A stretch of DNA of 11,269 nt from a candidate division WOR-3 bacterium (GTDB lineage Bacteria; Hydrothermota; Hydrothermia; JBDRYB01), in contig JBMFOM010000069.1 in NCBI GenBank assembly GCA_049969615.1, forward strand, positions 1 to 11,269, in the 5' to 3' direction. A model generated the notes under the pieces. That model was not told where the DNA came from, searched no databases, and was given only the letters and a program-made list of their open reading frames with translations. This document shows positions 7,847 to 11,269 of this stretch, piece after piece (within the stretch, counting starts at the first letter, position 1; each line of letters starts with the position of its first letter). Made by a program: the position numbers and the translations under genes.

Positions 7847-9157
7847 CTATGAGGCTTTGCTCCCCGCTCTCCAGGCAGACCATCCCCTCGTCCTTCCTGT
7901 TCCCCAGACAGCGAGCGCGAGGGCTATGACGCAGTCATCGTGAAATCCAGGCTGGCCTCCGGTCCTGTCCCCTAGTCTCCTGAAGTGTTTCAGCTCCTCC
8001 AGGAGGGTGGTGTTTGAAGCTGGCAGGGCGAGCGAGCCTGTTTCCATAGCCAGCATAAGTCGCGCGATCATCTCCTCTTTCCTCTGGGCAGTCATGACGA
8101 CCCGCGTCGCCCCCGGAACCCTTTCCGCGACGGCCTCTCCCACGCCGGTCGCGTCAATCACTACCCTCGCGCCATAGCGTTTCCTCATGGCGTTCACCAG
8201 ATCGGAAACCTCGGAGTATGCCCTCCCCCTGAACCTGTGGAATTCGGCTATGGTCCAGGGTTTTTCCGAAACATCAAGGAGGATTATCACGGTGTAGTCC
8301 TGGTGTTTCGCCAGATCAACCCCCATCGTATATATATGGCTGACAAACGGTCGGCCAGCCGGGGCATAATCCTGAACCGCGGCGAGAACCAGACTCTGCG
8401 GAAAAAGCACATCGTCCGAATCCGGAAACTCTGCCATGAACTCGCACTGAAAATAATAATCCGGCACCTCTGATTTGACCCGGTCTATCTCATCCCTTGA
8501 TATGTGGGGCGCTTCGTATGTCGTGGCCCTTATGGCGGAATAATGCTCTCCGTCGGCCAGTCCCCGGATGAAAAGTTCATATAAATAAGAATTTTTTGAC
8601 CACGGAGTTCCCTCAAAATCTATTGTGGCCCTGGGATTCTGGAGGATACCGGGCCGCAGTGCCGCGTAATAGACCTCATCGGACACAAAGGATGCCTCTG
8701 TCACGGTTATCCTATCGTATCCTCTCCCACGGATGAACCTGCCCCCGCGGGCAGTTGACCGGGAGCTTATGACAGAACCGTTTCTGAGCCTTATCTCGTG
8801 GAATGGGGAGCGCCTGTCCTCCGCGAGCAAGTATTCAATCAATGGACAGGATTCCGCCCAATCCCTGAAGCAATCAAAGTAGATTCTGGCCTGGTCCAGG
8901 GATGGCCCCACAACCAGGGCCTTGGTTCCCGGATGAGTTATGGCGTGATGCAGGAGGTCAATCGCGGACAGGATGGTCTTTCCGAAACGTCTTCCACCCA
9001 ACCTAACCCTTATCCTTCCTGATAGGAGGAGCATTCTCCTCTGGGCCTGGTTCAGCCGTATCCTGCAGACCTGTTCCGCGAAGAAAACCAGGTCTGCCCT
9101 GAGCCTTATTACAGCCGGCCTCAACCTCTTGAGGATCTCGCCCTGGATGTATGGCAC
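7847..9157 (-). CDS. Phage terminase large subunit-like protein (ATPase plus RNase H-fold nuclease, Terminase_6/6C-like)
   Basis: Q motif LNQAQ, Walker A GGRRFGKT (8975-8998), VVGPSLDQA, LRNGS, IRG, Walker B-like ITVTEA, coupling motif EGTP, and nuclease motifs GVDLA...DYT, IDATGVG, HDDCVIALALA. GTG start is uncertain. Confidence 0.92.
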   Translation of the reverse strand: MPYIQGEILKRLRPAVIRLRADLVFFAEQVCRIRLNQAQRRMLLLSGRIRVRLGGRRFGKTILSAIDLLHHAITHPGTKALVVGPSLDQARIYFDCFRDWAESCPLIEYLLAEDRRSPFHEIRLRNGSVISSRSTARGGRFIRGRGYDRITVTEASFVSDEVYYAALRPGILQNPRATIDFEGTPWSKNSYLYELFIRGLADGEHYSAIRATTYEAPHISRDEIDRVKSEVPDYYFQCEFMAEFPDSDDVLFPQSLVLAAVQDYAPAGRPFVSHIYTMGVDLAKHQDYTVIILLDVSEKPWTIAEFHRFRGRAYSEVSDLVNAMRKRYGARVVIDATGVGEAVAERVPGATRVVMTAQRKEEMIARLMLAMETGSLALPASNTTLLEELKHFRRLGDRTGGQPGFHDDCVIALALAVWGTGRTRGWSAWRAGSKAS

Positions 9158-9313
9158 AGCTAAAATAGTGTGACCTCTGATAAAGTAGCGATAACAGTTC
9201 CTCAGGCCATTTCCATTTGGATCGGTCGCTTGTCCGTACCCAAAGGAAACCAGCCGGGTGGAGGAGCACCGCGAGATTGGAATTTCACCGCCCGGAGACC
9301 TTATAATTAGACC

Positions 9314-10042
9314 ATGCTTTGTTATATTTTGATACTGGCCGTGGCGTCCCAGTTTTCAGTGGAGCTAGAAGCACAGAAGGCTGGCACGGTCAAGGTTACG
9401 CTTGAGGGTTCGGTGGCTCTGCGCAAGAAGGTAAAGAATCCCTCACCGGAATACCCGAAGGAGGCCCTGGATGACTCGGTTCAGGGAACCGTCAGGATTC
9501 GTCTGATTGTCTCAAAGGCGGGCGCGGTGACCGGGGCAAAGGTGGATAGTTCGTCCGGCTCAAAGATACTTGATGATGCGGCAGTATCGTGCGCCAAATC
9601 ATGGGTCTTTGGAAAGGCGGCTGTGGTTGACACGGGCACGATCACATTCCAATTCCTGATTGGTTCGCAACTGCCAGAGGCCGGCGGGGTATATACCGGG
9701 GGCCTGAAGGCTCCAACCCCTGAGATCCAGCTGGGTGAAAAGCCACCCATACCACCGGCCATAGCCCAGGTCACGACAAAGGTGAGGAAGCCCTCCGGGG
9801 TTGAGATAAAAGACAAGCAGGAGCTCTCGTATCCAAAATCCGCAAAGGAAAACTGGGAGTCCGGTACAGTCACCCTCAGGGTGTATCTCAAGGCAAAGGG
9901 CGTCGTGGACAGGGTTGAGGTGGTGGCGAGCTCAGGTTCAGCAACCCTGGATAACGCCGCAATGAGCAATGTCAAGTCCTGGAGATATTACACTGAGAAG
10001 GAAGAGGTCTTTGAGGTAGATTACATCTTTGAGCTCAAGTAG
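9314..10042 (+). CDS. TonB family protein with two TonB C-terminal domains
   Basis: Two copies of YP..A.....GTV.........G.V....V..SSGS..LD.AA....KSW separated by a Pro-rich linker; short hydrophobic N-terminus. Confidence 0.88.
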   Translation: MLCYILILAVASQFSVELEAQKAGTVKVTLEGSVALRKKVKNPSPEYPKEALDDSVQGTVRIRLIVSKAGAVTGAKVDSSSGSKILDDAAVSCAKSWVFGKAAVVDTGTITFQFLIGSQLPEAGGVYTGGLKAPTPEIQLGEKPPIPPAIAQVTTKVRKPSGVEIKDKQELSYPKSAKENWESGTVTLRVYLKAKGVVDRVEVVASSGSATLDNAAMSNVKSWRYYTEKEEVFEVDYIFELK

Positions 10043-10082
10043 GGGCATTGTCTTAGCCTGGGTCTCCAATAGGTTCGCGGCC

Positions 10083-11108
10083 ATGCCAAAGAAGGCTCTC
10101 TACTTTGGGAAAAAAGGCGACAGGCTCGTCTGCACGCTCTGCCCGCATTCCTGCATCGTGGATGAGGGGGAACGGGGCCTCTGCGGCGTTAGGGAGGCGA
10201 GGTGCGATGAGCTCATCAGCCTGAACTATGGCGTACTCATAGCCGCTCACATTGACCCTGTAGAAAAAAAGCCCCTGTATCACTTCCTGCCAGGCTCGGA
10301 GAGCCTCTCGGTTGCCGCGCCGGGGTGCAATCTCTCCTGTAAATGGTGTCAAAACTGGGACATAAGCCAGCTCCCCGTTCTTGAGCCAGAGACCATGTCC
10401 CAGCTGGCCAGAAAATCCGTCCCCCCGCAGGAAATAGTCACTGCCGCGCTGAGGGCCGGAGTCCCCTCCATAAGCTACACATACACCGAGCCGACGATCT
10501 ACTACGAATATGCCCTGGACACGATGAAGCTGGCGAAGGATCAGGGAATCAGGAACATCTGGGTCACAAACGGGTTCATAAACTCACGGCCCCTGCTTGA
10601 ACTTAAGGGCTTATTGGACGCCGCTAATGTTGATTTCAAGTTCGTGAGCCGCCAGGCAATGGAGAGATGGACCGGCGGCAGGCCCACGCCCGTGATGAAT
10701 GCCATGCGGCTTATGAAGCGGATGGGTGTCTGGATTGAGGTAACGACCCTCTTGGTTCCGGGTGTGAATGACACCGACCATGAGCTGAGAGGTATAGCCG
10801 GATTCATCTCACGCGAGCTCGGGCCGGAGACCCCTTGGCATGTGTCCGGATTCTACCCCGCGTTCAAGGTCAAGGATATACCGCCGACCCCAAAGGAGTC
10901 AATGATGAGAGCGATGGACATAGGCGGAAAGGAGGGTCTCAGTTTCATATACCCCGGAAACAGGGACATGCCGGGATTTGAGGACACCCGCTGTCCATCA
11001 TGTGGGGCGACACTCATAAAACGGCACTGGTTCTCGGTCAGTCAGAACAGACTCAAGGAGGGGAAGTGCCCGGATTGTGGCACACCAATACCTGGGGCTT
11101 GGAAATAG
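10083..11108 (+). CDS. amrS: AmmeMemoRadiSam system radical SAM enzyme
   Basis: CTLCPHSC...GLCGVR, IDPVEKKPLYHFLPG, CxxxCxxC (CNLSCKWC) QNWDISQ, YTYTEP, VTNG, ANVDFK, WIEVTTLLVPG, C-terminal CPSC/CPDC. ATG 10083 is preferred over the overlapping TTG at 10029. Confidence 0.92.
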   Translation: MPKKALYFGKKGDRLVCTLCPHSCIVDEGERGLCGVREARCDELISLNYGVLIAAHIDPVEKKPLYHFLPGSESLSVAAPGCNLSCKWCQNWDISQLPVLEPETMSQLARKSVPPQEIVTAALRAGVPSISYTYTEPTIYYEYALDTMKLAKDQGIRNIWVTNGFINSRPLLELKGLLDAANVDFKFVSRQAMERWTGGRPTPVMNAMRLMKRMGVWIEVTTLLVPGVNDTDHELRGIAGFISRELGPETPWHVSGFYPAFKVKDIPPTPKESMMRAMDIGGKEGLSFIYPGNRDMPGFEDTRCPSCGATLIKRHWFSVSQNRLKEGKCPDCGTPIPGAWK

Positions 11109-11114
11109 TTTATT

Positions 11115-11269
11115 GAGACCTCTTATAACCCAGATTTCGCGGCAGGCTGTAAGCCTTGAATTATTAAGGGATTAGCCCACATAAGATCGCTCAGTCTCCA
11201 GCTCATGTATAGGCTCTCAGATAGGGAATGGTGCCTTTCTCGTTTTAGCGTCCACCCCTTGAGCCTACT
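11115..11269 (-). mobile_element. Possible IS end (TIR-like sequence overlapping the 3' end of a truncated frame)
   Basis: GAGACCTCTTATAACCC at 11115-11131 resembles IS5/IS1182-type ends. A minus-strand frame is open for 48 codons from the window edge and stops at 11123-11125 inside it. No transposase motif is visible. Confidence 0.3.

Noticed and set aside
7847-9157. TerL nuclease substituting for the missing RuvC
   Set aside because: The shared RNase H fold is the only link; the genes are 5 kb apart, on opposite strands and separated by unrelated genes.
9003-9269. 88-aa ORF as a small terminase subunit
   Set aside because: It overlaps TerL by 155 nt in another frame and has no SD and no HTH or TerS-like features.
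9295-9307. GAGACCTTATAAT resembling the TIR-like sequence at 11115
   Set aside because: Same orientation, gapped match, and already explained as the -10 element of the TonB-like gene.
1088-10807. Other short ORFs in the track (for example 1088-1489, 2271-2684, 7193-7573, 7245-7607, 9481-9975, 10053-10352)
   Set aside because: They are antisense or out-of-frame shadows of well-supported genes with no recognisable motifs.
241-11266. GGTGGACGC at 241-249 with its reverse complement at 11248-11256, each followed by TTGAGCCT
   Set aside because: Short matches in mixed orientation, compatible with chance in 11 kb.

Overview
Bacterial chromosomal window, probably from an FCB-group lineage such as WOR-3; this is inferred only from the C25/T9SS-like protein and the gene style. 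Left to right it holds a ~100-bp inverted-repeat element, a duplicated tRNA 3' end beside tRNA-Pro(GGG) (minus strand), a secreted hypothetical protein, ruvA-ruvB (no ruvC), a DUF4249-like lipoprotein and a 1197-aa gingipain-like C25 peptidase with a T9SS-type C-terminal domain. These are followed by a Spy/CpxP/ZraP-like protein with an ECF-type promoter, a full-length phage terminase large subunit with no other phage genes, a tandem-domain TonB-like protein, an AmmeMemoRadiSam radical SAM enzyme and a possible IS end. The most striking item is the orphan but apparently intact terminase among host genes. Also notable are the att-like tRNA duplication, repeated leaderless-type promoter/start spacing and very short, uncharged signal-like N-termini. 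All family calls come from motif recognition by eye; no searches were run.
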